A DNA stretch of 64,000 bases from Eledone cirrhosa (lineage: Eukaryota), in contig CAXHJY010000941.1 in NCBI GenBank assembly GCA_964016885.1, positions 62,001 through 126,000 of the forward strand, written 5' to 3'. The notes under the pieces are model-generated. The model was not told the origin of the DNA. It saw only the letters and a list, made by a program, of their open reading frames with translations, and ran no database searches. Below are positions 15,023-29,277 of the stretch, piece by piece. Position numbers and translations under genes: made by a program. Numbering within the stretch: the first letter of the stretch is position 1; every line of letters starts with the position of its first letter.

Positions 15023-15612
15023 GCGGCGATGAATTAGTTTTGCGAGGTTTTTTATATGAAATCGTGTGTCGAAACAGATATTGTTATATTTGGGGAGGGT
15101 CATATTTGCGTAATATTGCCAGAATTAATAACAGAACACACTCACTGTTTGGTTGGTTTTCGCTTCTCGCTGTCTTTTATATATATATATCTGCGATCTA
15201 ACTTACTCGGTCCTCAATGTTGCCATTGACTGACCGGCGGTCAAAAATAATACAGATACAATATAGACAAACACATATATATATAGTTTACATAATTTAC
15301 ATAAATCTTTCGTTGCACATCTGCAACATTGTCAGTGGTGTTATATTCATTGTTCCTCCTGTTGTGTTGTATGTCTACGCCATTTTTTTTTGTTCAGTCT
15401 GTCTATATATTTATTTATTTATTTGCTTGTTTGTTTATCTTATTTTATTTTGTCTTCTTTGCGCATGCGTTTGCGTGTGTGTATTGTGTTATGTGTGATG
15501 TGTGACTAGTGTGTATAGTGTTGTGTCTGCTGGGTGACTAGTGTGTGTTTATGTGCTTGTGTATGTATTTATTTATCTTATTTTATTTATTTAATTTAAT
15601 TTACTTATTTAT

Positions 15613-16550
15613 TTATACTTCTCTTAGGTCAGTGTTGTTTGTTTGGGTGTTGTTGTTGTTCCACTCATTCTTTCTGTTTAGCTTTGGTCTTCTAATTTCT
15701 ATTTCACTGGCCTCTCTGATTTGCCTATCTGCTGGGTCATTCCTATGTTTAGATATTATTCTAATTTCTATGTTGTCTATGTTACCGTCATGTTGTTGTC
15801 TAGCATGTTCGTATAGTACTGACCCGTTTTTTTGTCCTTTTAGTTCCCCCCAGTGTTGGTCTATCCTTTCACCTATGCTACGAGCTGTCTCACCTATGTA
15901 TGTTGTTGTCGTGTTTCTGCAAGTACCCTCTGTACATCTTATGCTATAGACTACGTTTCTAGTTTTACAGTTTATCCGGGGGTTCACCTTACATATGATA
16001 CATTTCCTATTGGTACAGTGGGTTTTCTTAAAAGGGTAGGTTTTGCTGATCAGGGATTTTATGGTGGTTCCTGGCTTTTCTACCACCTTTATTTTTAAGT
16101 GGGTCTTTCTCAGGGCCTTTCTACACTGGTTAGCTAATTTCCCTCCAGGGGTGGCGTCCACAAACATGACACTCTGATATCTCTGGTTGTCGTACCATGA
16201 TGTGGCCTTCCCTATCTTATGTCTAGCCCTATCTAAGCTATTCCATGATTTGCTCCTGTATAGTGGGCAAATTCCTTTCATGTCCAGTTCTATGAGGGTC
16301 TTATACTTTTCCATGGCTCCTTCGTATACTCTGACTCTGTCTCTTTGGTTGTAGCCAGAGAACTGCATGCGGTTGATGAAGTGTTGGATGTGTCCTTCCA
16401 TTTCTGTTGGGTCGCACATGCTGGACACATTCTTCATCACTCGTACCAAATCTGCGATCAGAATATTAAACTTAGCACTACTGGACATTGCTGAGTTTTT
16501 GAGTATCAGGTATTTGGAGGCCATGGGTTTAGCATAGTGTGAGTGGAGAA
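15613..16550 (-). pseudogene. Inverted duplicate of PLE2 C-terminal ~312 codons (thumb + GIY-YIG)
   Basis: Translation identical to PLE2 from LHSHYAKPM to DLREV; no start of its own. Confidence 0.93.
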
Positions 16551-19500
16551 ATATGCTCAAAACGAATGCTGTAGGCATTTCAATAAGAAATTAGAATGGA
16601 TGAATAAGAAAAAACTACAAGAAAGGAAAATCGAATATTCTCAAAAATACCCAGATAACATCGACAACATCCGTATGAGTGATGTAAAACTACCGGAAGA
16701 ATTTACCAATGACCACACAGTAAATATCTATGGGAACACTTTAATCAGTGAACAAGAACAACAAATCCTAAAGTTACCACCAAAATTTGCCATCTACAAA
16801 AAGATTAACCCTATGGAATGCAAAACGGAGCTGGAAAAGTGTTTCACAAAAATACGTTGGAATGCAAAGGTAAACAACAACAACAATAATAACGGTAGTA
16901 GTAATATAAACAATAACTCTGGGTATAGAAATAACAGCCATAACCATAACAATGGCAGGAAAGTGAGAAATAGTGATAATAGTAATAATACTAGCGATAG
17001 ACAGAACAACAACAACCACAATAATAATAATAATAGAAACGTTAACCACAGACACAGCAACAGTGACCACAGTAGTAATAACGGTAACAATACGAACAAC
17101 AACAACAACAATAACCACAGTGGTAATAATGGAAATAGTACATGTAGCAACATCAACAAAAACAAGAAACATAATAATAGTAACAACCACAATGGTAGAA
17201 ATAGCAGTAACAACAACAACAATAACGGTGAAGTAAACAACAATACATCTAGCAATCATAACAATAATAATATTAATGCTAATGATAGAAACAACAACAA
17301 CCACCATGATAACAATAATAGCAACACACACAACTATGACGATAGAAATAACGACAACCCCTTAGAGAAACTATTTTTCAACCCAGCTGACAAAACATAT
17401 AAGATGGGTAATATCTATCCTACGAGGTTACCCTTTAATAAAAGAGTTTGCATACCACAGCAAATAGATGACGAGACGGAGGCACAGTTCACCATAGCTA
17501 GAAATAAGATTAGACAAGTAGTAGACAGGTACACTATGAGACAGAGCAGACCAGAGGCCCAACAACTTGGGATAAAACCTGTAGAAGGCTTGGTTAGCCT
17601 CAAGCAGCGCACAAGGGATGGTGAGGTAGTGTGTCTACCCACAGATAAGTCTGGTAGGATGTCAATAGATAGCATGCCGAACTACATCGAGGCAATGCAA
17701 CCCCACATCACCAACACGAGCGAAGTTGCACAACTAACACACGATGGGAGAGAAAAAATCCTCAACGCTCACATGATGATGTGGACTGACATCCTAAAGC
17801 CAAGCAGACGCACTGCCAACAACTTCCAGGCGTCTAACAATGGCATACCACCCTTGTATGGGCTCCGCAAAGACCACAAGACAGTCGACGACCCGACAAC
17901 AGGACCACCAACAAGACCCGTATGCGGAGCTAATATAGCTAGCAACTACAGGATCTCCTACTTCCTCTCAATGGTTATACGCCCCATAATCAAGATGTCC
18001 CCAGATGTATGTGAAAGTACAGAGGACCTCCTCAGCAGAATCAGTGAGTGCAACAAAAACAGGAGCCTATCCAACTGCATAATAGGCAGCATGGATGTGG
18101 TGTCACTGTACCCATCCATTAACATTGATTTTGCTGTGAAAAGATGTGTGGAGATGATCATTGAGAGTGAGGTGGAGTTCTGCGACGTCGACACAGACGA
18201 ACGGGGCCTCCTACTTAGACTTACCTACGACACTGACTACCTAGACAGCCATGACCTTAGATGTTTCTGCCCTAGTAGACCTATAAGAGGTAGACCCCCC
18301 ACCATAACCTCAATGGCTAAAAAGACTCCCATAGGAAGGTGGATTGGGTGGACCAAAGCTATACGGACACCCCAAAACACTGATCAGGTAAGAAAAATGG
18401 TCGCACATGCAATAGGGGCTAGTATCAAAACTACCCTAAAGGGCCACATATTTAAGTTCAATGAGAAAATCTACACCCAAAATGAGGGAGCAGCCATCGG
18501 CGTCAGCATAGCTGGTGATGTTGCCAACCTTTTCATGGTATGGTGGGAAAGGAGACTTAAAGATCTCCTCCTTAATGAAAGCTCCATAGACCTCATCATG
18601 TACTCTCGTTATGTAGACGATATCAATATAGTTATAAGAACACCCCCACTAGAGAGCACTAACAAGTTTGATTTAGAACGTAGCACGATGGAAAGCATCC
18701 AGCAGATAGCTAATTCCATACACCAGAGTATAACTGTAACTATAGACTTCCCTTCCAAACACCCTAACAATAGACTACCTGTATTAGACACAGAACTCTG
18801 GATTAACACTATAGACGAGAGAGCCCAAATTCTCCACTCACACTATGCTAAACCCATGGCCTCCAAATACCTGATACTCAAAAACTCAGCAATGTCCAGT
18901 AGTGCTAAGTTTAATATTCTGATCGCAGATTTGGTACGAGTGATGAAGAATGTGTCCAGCATGTGCGACCCAACAGAAATGGAAGGACACATCCAACACT
19001 TCATCAACCGCATGCAGTTCTCTGGCTACAACCAAAGAGACAGAGTCAGAGTATACGAAGGAGCCATGGAAAAGTATAAGACCCTCATAGAACTGGACAT
19101 GAAAGGAATTTGCCCACTATACAGGAGCAAATCATGGAATAGCTTAGATAGGGCTAGACATAAGATAGGGAAGGCCACATCATGGTACGACAACCAGAGA
19201 TATCAGAGTGTCATGTTTGTGGACGCCACCCCTGGAGGGAAATTAGCTAACCAGTGTAGAAAGGCCCTGAGAAAGACCCACTTAAAAATAAAGGTGGTAG
19301 AAAAGCCAGGAACCACCATAAAATCCCTGATCAGCAAAACCTACCCTTTTAAGAAAACCCACTGTACCAATAGGAAATGTATCATATGTAAGGTGAACCC
19401 CCGGATAAACTGTAAAACTAGAAACGTAGTCTATAGCATAAGATGTACAGAGGGTACTTGCAGAAACACGACAACAACATACATAGGTGAGACAGCTCGT

Positions 19501-19767
19501 AGCATAGGTGAAAGGATAGACCAACACTGGGGGGAACTAAAAGGACAAAAAAACGGGTCAGTACTATACGAACATGCTAGACAACAACATGACGGTAACA
19601 TAGACAACATAGAAATTAGAATAATATCTAAACATAGGAATGACCCAGCAGATAGGCAAATCAGAGAGGCCAGTGAAATAGAAATTAGAAGACCAAAGCT
19701 AAACAGAAAGAATGAGTGGAACAACAACAACACCCAAACAAACAACACTGACCTAAGAGAAGTATAA
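16551..19767 (+). CDS. PLE RT + GIY-YIG endonuclease with Asn-rich insert (N-terminus missing at inversion junction)
   Basis: Open ~1070 aa. [46 protein letters not shown]...[16 protein letters not shown]. Confidence 0.94.
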
Positions 19768-20042
19768 ATAAATAAGTAAATTAAATTAAATAAATAAAAT
19801 AAGATAAATAAATACATACACAAGCACATAAACACACACTAGTCACCCAGCAGACACAACACTATACACACTAGTCACACATCACACATAACACAATACA
19901 CACACGCAAACGCATGCGCAAAGAAGACAAAATAAAATAAGATAAACAAACAAGCAAATAAATAAATAAATATATAGACAGACTGAACAAAAAAAAATGG
20001 CGTAGACATACAACACAACAGGAGGAACAATGAATATAACAC

Positions 20043-20080
20043 CACTGACAATGTTGCAGATGTGCAACGAAAGATTTATG
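20043..20080 (+). ncRNA. Degenerate hammerhead-like motif of PLE2 (mirror copy 15300-15337 on - strand)
   Basis: CUGACAA-U-GUUGCA-gaug-UGCAAC-GAAA-gauu-UA. Same layout as the PLE1 motif, but C3/A8 is mismatched and stem I is weak. Confidence 0.5.
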
Positions 20081-20302
20081 TAAATTATGTAAACTATATA
20101 TATATGTGTTTGTCTATATTGTATCTGTATTATTTTTGACCGCCGGTCAGTCAATGGCAACATTGAGGACCGAGTAAGTTAGATCGCAGATATATATATA
20201 TAAAAGACAGCGAGAAGCGAAAACCAACCAAACAGTGAGTGTGTTCTGTTATTAATTGTGGCAATATTACGCAAATATGACCCTCCCCAAATATAACAAT
20301 AT

Positions 20303-21390
<1,088 letters not shown>

Positions 21391-21391
21391 A

Positions 21392-22637
21392 CTAGACTAA
21401 AGTTCTAGTTTGTAGGAAAGAAAATAAGGCTGCAGTCCCATCTGGGAAATGGCCATGCTCAGTGTGTAGGAAAGACATAGGTAGAAACTCCATTTTATGT
21501 CCCAAATGCAAAGTATGGGTGCATAAAAGATGTAGTGGGATCACAGGTAAGCTAACTAAGAACATAGATTTTACATGTGGCCGGTGCTCTGGTGCAATAA
21601 GTAGCAGCAAGTGCCCACAAAATACTAGCTCCTTCAACTGCGCAGAGGGTTCTATAGAAATAGTGGACAGCTTCCGTTACCTGGGTGACAAAATCAGCAG
21701 TGGGGGAGGGTGCTCTGAAAGTACAGTAGCTAGAGTCAGAACTGGATGGAAAAAGTTCAGAGAGCTTATACCACTATTAGCCGCTAGAGGGTTCTCCCTA
21801 AAAATGAAAGGCAGGTTATACGATGCCTGCATACGAACAGCAATGCTGCATGGCAGTGAGACCTGGGCATTGTGTGCAGAGGATATACGCAGACTAGAGA
21901 GGAACGAAGCTTGCATGCTCCGCTGGATGTGCAATAGTAATATACGTGAACGGCAAAGCATAAACGAACTAAGGAAAAAATTAGAAATAAGAGGGATCAG
22001 ATGTTGTTTACTCGAGAGAAGGCAACGTTGGTACGGTCACGTGATGCGCATGAAAGACGACAGCTGTATAACAAAGTGCAGGGCAATAAAGATAGACGGT
22101 AGCCACGGAGTAGGCAGACCCAGAAAAACATGGGACGAGCTGATAAATTCTGACCTCACACGCTTACACCTCTCCAAGTCAATGTCACTGGACCGAGACC
22201 TTAGGCGGTACTCAGTAATAGAGAAGACCCGCCTTACCGAAATACAAAGTAAAAACCTACTACAGTCAGTAGGCATCTCTATCAAAACACCCCCCCGTAC
22301 CACCACCTCCACCCCATCCACACCGCCCCTTTCAATGTAAAGTTATGTTGGTCCCACAACATCCAGGCCGAAACAAATGAGATCGTGTAGGTGTCACGAC
22401 AAAAAAACACACAGTCCACGCTGTAATGTGGCCGTGTAGGCAACACGGTAAAAACCTCCCAGCCCCACACTGTAAATGTGGTTGGTGTTAAGAAGGGCAT
22501 CCAACTGTAGAAAACCCGCCAGACAGTCCTATGCGAGCAAGACAACCACTCTTGCCTCAAGTGGGAAAACCCCCGTCCAAACCCATGCAAGCATGGAACA
22601 CGGACGCTAAACCTGATGATGATGATGATGATGATGA
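21392..22637 (+). mobile_element. 5'-truncated RTE family A copy (PHD finger to (GAT)n tail)
   Basis: Protein nearly identical to the C-terminus of 2316-5432. 3' UTR and GAT tail present. Confidence 0.95.
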
Positions 22638-23815
<1,178 letters not shown>

Positions 23816-24396
23816 TATACAAATATACGCAATATATATTTGAAATGAGTCTGTCAAAATGATATGAAAAGTTATTATTTAAAGATTCAAGTAAAAGAAA
23901 ATGATAGGGAAAATATTTTGAAAACATACTTGTCAGGCAAATAGTACTAAGTTAAATGCAAACTATACGAGCAGAACATGACTTGGCAATAGATATGATT
24001 GACATATAACATTGGAAAACTGAAGTTATGAACAAGATAAAGACAGTAAGGCACCAGACATCGATAAAGTAAGTCCAAAGATGCTGACAGCTAATGTGAT
24101 CCAGATACTAACAGAACTTCCTCATCATCTATGTAAGGAAAGATACTTTAGAGCTGATTTAATGTAGCGAATGTGGAAAATATTCATATATGCTCTATAC
24201 ACATACATCCCAAGGATAAAAGAATATGATATTACAATAAATTAGCATATAAATTGTTATACGATATATTTATATGACATGATATATATATATACATATA
24301 TATGAGTGTGTGGGTGTATATAATCAGTTCCTGATTATTACTAGAATTCTATAAGTATCAAACATTCATGATTTTCAGCAAACAGGCGGAGTACTT

Positions 24397-24441
24397 AGCT
24401 TTGATAAGCACCAAAAAGTGCGAAACAGAGCTCTGTCAGCT
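24397..24441 (+). ncRNA. Type I hammerhead-like motif with U3-A8 core, inside a longer hairpin (24371-24465)
   Basis: AGCU-UUGAUAA-GCAC-caaaaa-GUGC-GAAA-CAGAGCUCUG-UC-AGCU. Outer arms ATTTTCAGCAAACAGG / CCTGTTTGCTGAAAAT. Confidence 0.7.
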
Positions 24442-24701
24442 TTATCTCCCCTGTTTGCTGAAAATTAAAGTAAGTGAGAGTGTCACTACTCTAAAACAAT
24501 AGCGTAAGGTCTTCGAAATGCTCTTAATTAAGCATACAGTGTATTGCAAAATACACTATATATACATTCATATATATATATATCGCTATTTCAGAGCACC
24601 AATTCTAATATGTATATATATATACGTCTAACCCATGCTAGCGTGGAAGATGGACGTTAAACAAAGATGATGATGATGATACATACATATACACATATGT
24701 A

Positions 24702-24753
<52 letters not shown>

Positions 24754-25233
24754 CAACTGATAGTTGTATGAGACAACACAACAATAAATGAGAAGAGAAA
24801 ATAGACAAAATATACATAATTTTTTCTTCAAGGTCCTGGCTGTACAGTTTTGCTGACTGGTATGCTGGCAGAGTGCAACAGGGTTGTGAGGCTATCCGCT
24901 TTTCAGTAGACCTCTCAATGAAAGGATGAATTCTTGAACTGACCGCTACAAGTGAAAAATTCTTGGGAAAGAGAACTATCATACAGTATAGCAGTCACAG
25001 AAGGTTGGTAAAGGTTGGACGTTTGGCAAGTAATATATTTGCTAAAAGAAGCAGCCAGTACCCATTTTAGTTAACTGTAAGGGAGTTGGAACCAAATAAT
25101 AAGATACACATATTCATAAACACACACATATTATATATATATATATATATATAGGAAAAGAGTCAGGACCCCGATGGATGAGTTCCAGCCATTTCGACTG
25201 CTAGATCCGAACCATATATATATATATATTTTG

Positions 25234-25862
25234 TGGCGAGAGCTTCAAGATAGTAAAGAATCATCTGTACTGCACCAACATGCTAAAATAGAACATAAGG
25301 GTAAATTAGAGAACATAGAAATAAAAATAGAATCTACACACAGAAAAGACGCAATGTTTAGACAAATCACAGAGGCAATAAACATAAATGAACTCCAACC
25401 AAAATTAAATAAAAAACATGAATGAAACAGCAACATCACAACTTACAATTAAGGACAAAATGAAAACACACACGCACATAGAACAAACAACCAGTAACAT
25501 GTAAATAAATAAACAAATATAAACGTAAATAAATAAACAAATATAAATGCACACAGACACCCGGATGTAACACATGCGCAAACTAAGCACACATCACACA
25601 CAAAAACAAGATGGCGTAGGACAGAACAAAGGAGAGGCACAAAAACAAAGAAAATAATCCCCAGTCACTGAAGAGGTCACAGAATGTGTGACGAAAGAAC
25701 TTTGACAATATATGAACAATCGTCTGGTTGTGGAACCAACCAGCCAACCGGAAATTTATAAATTCCTAAATTTATAAATTTAATTTATAATAAATTGAAG
25801 TGAAAGCAACTGGTGCGTGTGTTTCTTATTGGCAACATGACCCTCCCAAAGCATAACAATAT
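25234..25862 (+). mobile_element. Short 5'-truncated copy of PLE1 family (EN C-terminus, 3' UTR, hammerhead, ORF start)
   Basis: WRELQDSKESSVLHQHAKIEH...KLNKKHE matches PLE1. It then continues to ATG 25837 (MTLPKHNN) and ends in ATATAT. Confidence 0.92.
25664..25706 (+). ncRNA. Hammerhead-like motif, PLE1 family
   Basis: GUCA-CUGAAGA-G-GUCACA-gaaug-UGUGAC-GAAA-gaac-UU-UGAC. Confidence 0.72.
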
Positions 25863-25939
25863 ATATATATGTATAAATAACACACACACACACACACACA
25901 CATACACACACACTCACACTCATACTCTCTCTCTCTGTG

Positions 25940-26206
25940 GTTTATTCAATAATTTGAATAACATTGTGGGTTACTGGAGGGGAGGTGAGTCTGTCTGGTC
26001 ACAGCACATCGTGCTGTTTTAGCCATAAGATAACGCCATCCCAATGGCTGGGTGGGCAGGCCGGTACTCATTTCTACAGCTGAGTAAACTGGAGCAACGT
26101 GAAATAAAGTGTCTTACTCAAGGAAACAACACATCACCCGGTCCGAGAATTGAACTCACAACCTTTCGATTGCAAGCCTAATGCTCTAACCACCAAGCCA
26201 TGCGCC
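25940..26206 (-). mobile_element. tRNA-derived CORE-type SINE
   Basis: Minus strand: GGCGCATGGCTTGGTGGTTAGAGC (A box), GAGTTCAATTC (B box), CORE-like CCTTGAGTAAGACACTTTA...CAGTTTACTCAGCTGTAGAAATGAG. Confidence 0.8.
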
Positions 26207-26236
26207 GTCACGATATTTTATTTATATATATATATA

Positions 26237-26447
26237 TCATTTCATCATCATCATTTCATTTTACGTCCGCTTTTCCCTGCTTGCAAGGGTGGGACGGGAA
26301 CTGATTCTGGCTTGATTTCTACAGCTGGATGCCCTTCCTAACACCAACCTCATTTACCGTGAGTGCTGGGTGCTTTTTTGCCGTGGCACCTCCACGACCA
26401 CTCTACAGTGGAATGATATGGACCCCAGTCATATGATCTCATTTCTA
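26237..26447 (-). mobile_element. 3' half of CORE-type SINE with RTE-derived tail, fused to the RTE copy next to it
   Basis: Matches 39676-39886. Abuts RTE coding sequence at 26447/26448. Confidence 0.85.
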
Positions 26448-29277
26448 CCACCCATACTTTGCATTTGGGACATAAAATGGAGTTTCTACCTACGCCTTTC
26501 CTACACACTGAGCATGGCCATTTCCCAGAAGGGACCGCCGCCTTATTTTCTTTCCTACAAACTAGAACTTTAGTCTTAGATAGGTTAATTTTAAGTCCTT
26601 TTGATTCTAGGCCGTGCTTCCATGTTTGGAATTTCTTCTCTAGCTCGGCCATTGATTCAGCTATGAGTGTCAGGTCGTCTGCGTATAGGAGTTCCCATGG
26701 GCAGCCGGTCTTGAACTCCTCTGTTATAGCCTGAAGGGCAATAATAAATAGTAGGGGGCTGAGAACAGAGCCCTGATGGACGCCAACTTTTACGCTAAAC
26801 TCTTCACTATATTCGTTGTTAATTCTAACCTTGCTGACTGTTTCTTTATACATGGCTTGTATAGCTCTCACAAGCCATTCGTCAACCCCTAGTTTTCTAA
26901 GAGCCCACCAGATAATGGAACGGGGGACTCTGTCGAAGGCTTTCTCCTAGTCGACAAAAGCTAAGTAGAGGGGTTTACCTTTAGCTAGGTACTTCTCCTG
27001 TAGTTGTCGTACAATGAAAAGAGCGTCTGTGGTACTTTTGCCTGACACAAACCCGAACTGCATTTCATCTAGGTCAATTCTCTCTCTGATTAGTTGCGCT
27101 ATTACTTTTTCCGTGACCTTCATGACCTGGTCGATTAATTTAATGCCTCTATAGTTACTCCTATCAAGGGCATCTCATTTACCCTTATAACAGTTAACGA
27201 TGATGCTGCTATGCCAGTCCTTCGGAACAACCCCATTCTGTACGACTTGGTTAACTATGCGGGTGACCATGGTGTGTCCCACCGTGCCAGATGCCTTCAG
27301 CATCTCAGCAACTATTTCCGAAGGCCCAGCCGCCTTACCCGTCTTCATATCCTTGATTGCCTTACTTATTATACTCCCCTCGACTAACACTGCTGGTCCC
27401 TCTATTGGGTCGATGTGGGGGAGACTGTCTTTCTCCCATTTATTCTCCTCATTTAGTAGCCTTTCATAGTGACACTTCCAAGCTACCTTCTTATCAGCGT
27501 CGGTGATGGCAAGTACGCCGTCATCATTAAGTACACACTTCTCCCCGACAATATCACGGTTTTCCTTGACGCATTGCCTAGCAATCCTGAACACCTCACG
27601 TTTTTGGTCCACGCGTTGTAGAATATGCTTGAACTTTCTTTCCTCTGCTTCCCTTCTTGCGAAGTACACTTGTCTCCTAGCTTCCCTCCTGGCCACTTGA
27701 TAGTCTTCTCTACTTCCCCCATCCCGCCATACTTTCCAAGCCTTCTTTTTGGCCTTAATTGACCCCTCCACCTTACTGTTCCACCACCATGTTACTCTCC
27801 TCCTGCCTACAGGCCTGCTCCAGCCACAGACTTCGTCTGTCGCCATCAGTAGGTTTGCTTTCAGAAATTCCCACTGTCCCTCTATATTGTCCGACTCTAA
27901 ATGCTCTTCCTTTCTGTCGAAAGCATCAAGTAATATGCTTTGAAATTTATTTCTGGCTGTGGGGTCCTTTAGCTTCCATATTTTTCTCCTGAGGATAGTC
28001 CTCTTCTGCTGTCGAGTACGTCTCGTCCTGACTATGAGGTCGCTAATTATCAGTCTATGTTGGGAGGTGCATTCTTCATGGGGGAGGGATTTAGTGTTTA
28101 CAACAGACACTCTGTCGCGTCTTCTGGTAAGGATATAATCTACCTGGCTTGTGTGTTCCCCGGATCTATAGGTGATCAGGTGATTGTCACGTTTTTTGAA
28201 GTTAGTGTTACAGATAGTTAGGTTATTTGCGTCACAGAATTCCAGGATTCTGGAGCCTTCTTCATTTCTAGTACCAAACCCATTGCCTCCATGGATTTCG
28301 TCGTAGCCGTCACAATGTTGTCCAACGTGACCATTTAGGTCGCCTGCAATAATTATATAGTCACTGTCGGTTATTTGGGAGGTAGTGAGCATCAGTGTCT
28401 CATAGAATCTGTCTTTTATAGTGCCGTGCAGTCCGGATTGGGGTGCGTACGCAGATATTACTGTCACCATAGTTCTATTGAGGGCAAGTCGTATTTTAAT
28501 TATTCTGTCGTTCACTCTATTTACGTCTATTATCTTATCTGCCCACTTTTCTGCTACCATGATTCCTACTCCACCCAGCCCATCGCCGTTTCCCACCCAG
28601 AAAAGCTTATAACATCGTTTTTTACCCTCAATGAATCTAGCAGACCCACCCCTCCACCTGGTCTCTTGAATACAACAAACATCGACCTCCTTACGTTCAA
28701 GCATTTCTACAACCTCGTTAGCGCGACCCTTTAGGGTGCCTACATTTATGGTACCAACTCTGAAGTTTTGGATTGCGTTTGGAGGGTGGGGGCGGTGGGG
28801 GGCGGGGGGAGATGGGGTTATGTTAGCCATCCGCGGACGAAACAAAGAGGAGTGCTCGCATTCTCGTCCACGAGGTGAATTTGTCTTTATCTTTGGCATT
28901 TTCGCTGAGCGTCCAGATTTTTCTCTCTCTTCCACTCTCCAGGATTCCATAATCCATCCATCCATCCATCATATATCGAAAGGCAACCGGGCAAGCGATA
29001 GTATAGGCCTCTGGCTTATGATTGGTCCGCGTAATAACAATGTTGGTGCGTGGGAGCGTGTGGGAGGGGTGTTGGGTAGCTAGCTGGAAGGTTAGGATTG
29101 TATGAGATCTCCGTGTTTAACAAGCGATTAACAAAAAACAAAAATACAAGATTTGTTCTGTTCAATACGACAAAAACTCCCGTATTTAACATAAATAACA
29201 AAAAATACAGATTTGCTTTAGGAAAACGTTTGCTACATTTAGGATTTTGCAAGATTGGATGTTTGGACTAGGTACGA
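26448..29277 (-). mobile_element. RTE family A copy with 5' end, 3'-truncated, two nonsense mutations
   Basis: ORFs 27175-28965 and 26350-26871 match the first RTE. GGA>TGA at 27175-27177 and TTG>TAG at ~26947. It ends at CPKCKVWV. The 5' UTR limit (~29277) is uncertain. Confidence 0.9.

Larger units (their letters stand above)
15023..20302 (+). mobile_element. Penelope-like element PLE2 (Naiad-like) with ~1.47-kb inverted terminal duplication
   Basis: 15078-16550 is the reverse complement of 18830-20302 (paired coordinates sum to 35380; mirrored ORFs in the track). Flanked by TA arrays. Confidence 0.95.

Noticed and set aside
20143-20240. Hairpin GGTC..TCAATG-GCAA-CATTGA..GACC plus GTAAGT as a PLE 5' intron donor or second ribozyme
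   Set aside because: There is no convincing acceptor before ATG 20277 and no counterpart in the PLE1 family.
15023-20302. DNA transposon with long TIRs
   Set aside because: The arms are the element's own coding 3' end, they have unequal termini, and there is no transposase.
27175-27177. In-frame TGA in the RTE as programmed read-through
   Set aside because: The sister copy has GGA (Gly), and a second nonsense change (TAG) lies nearby, so this is ordinary decay.
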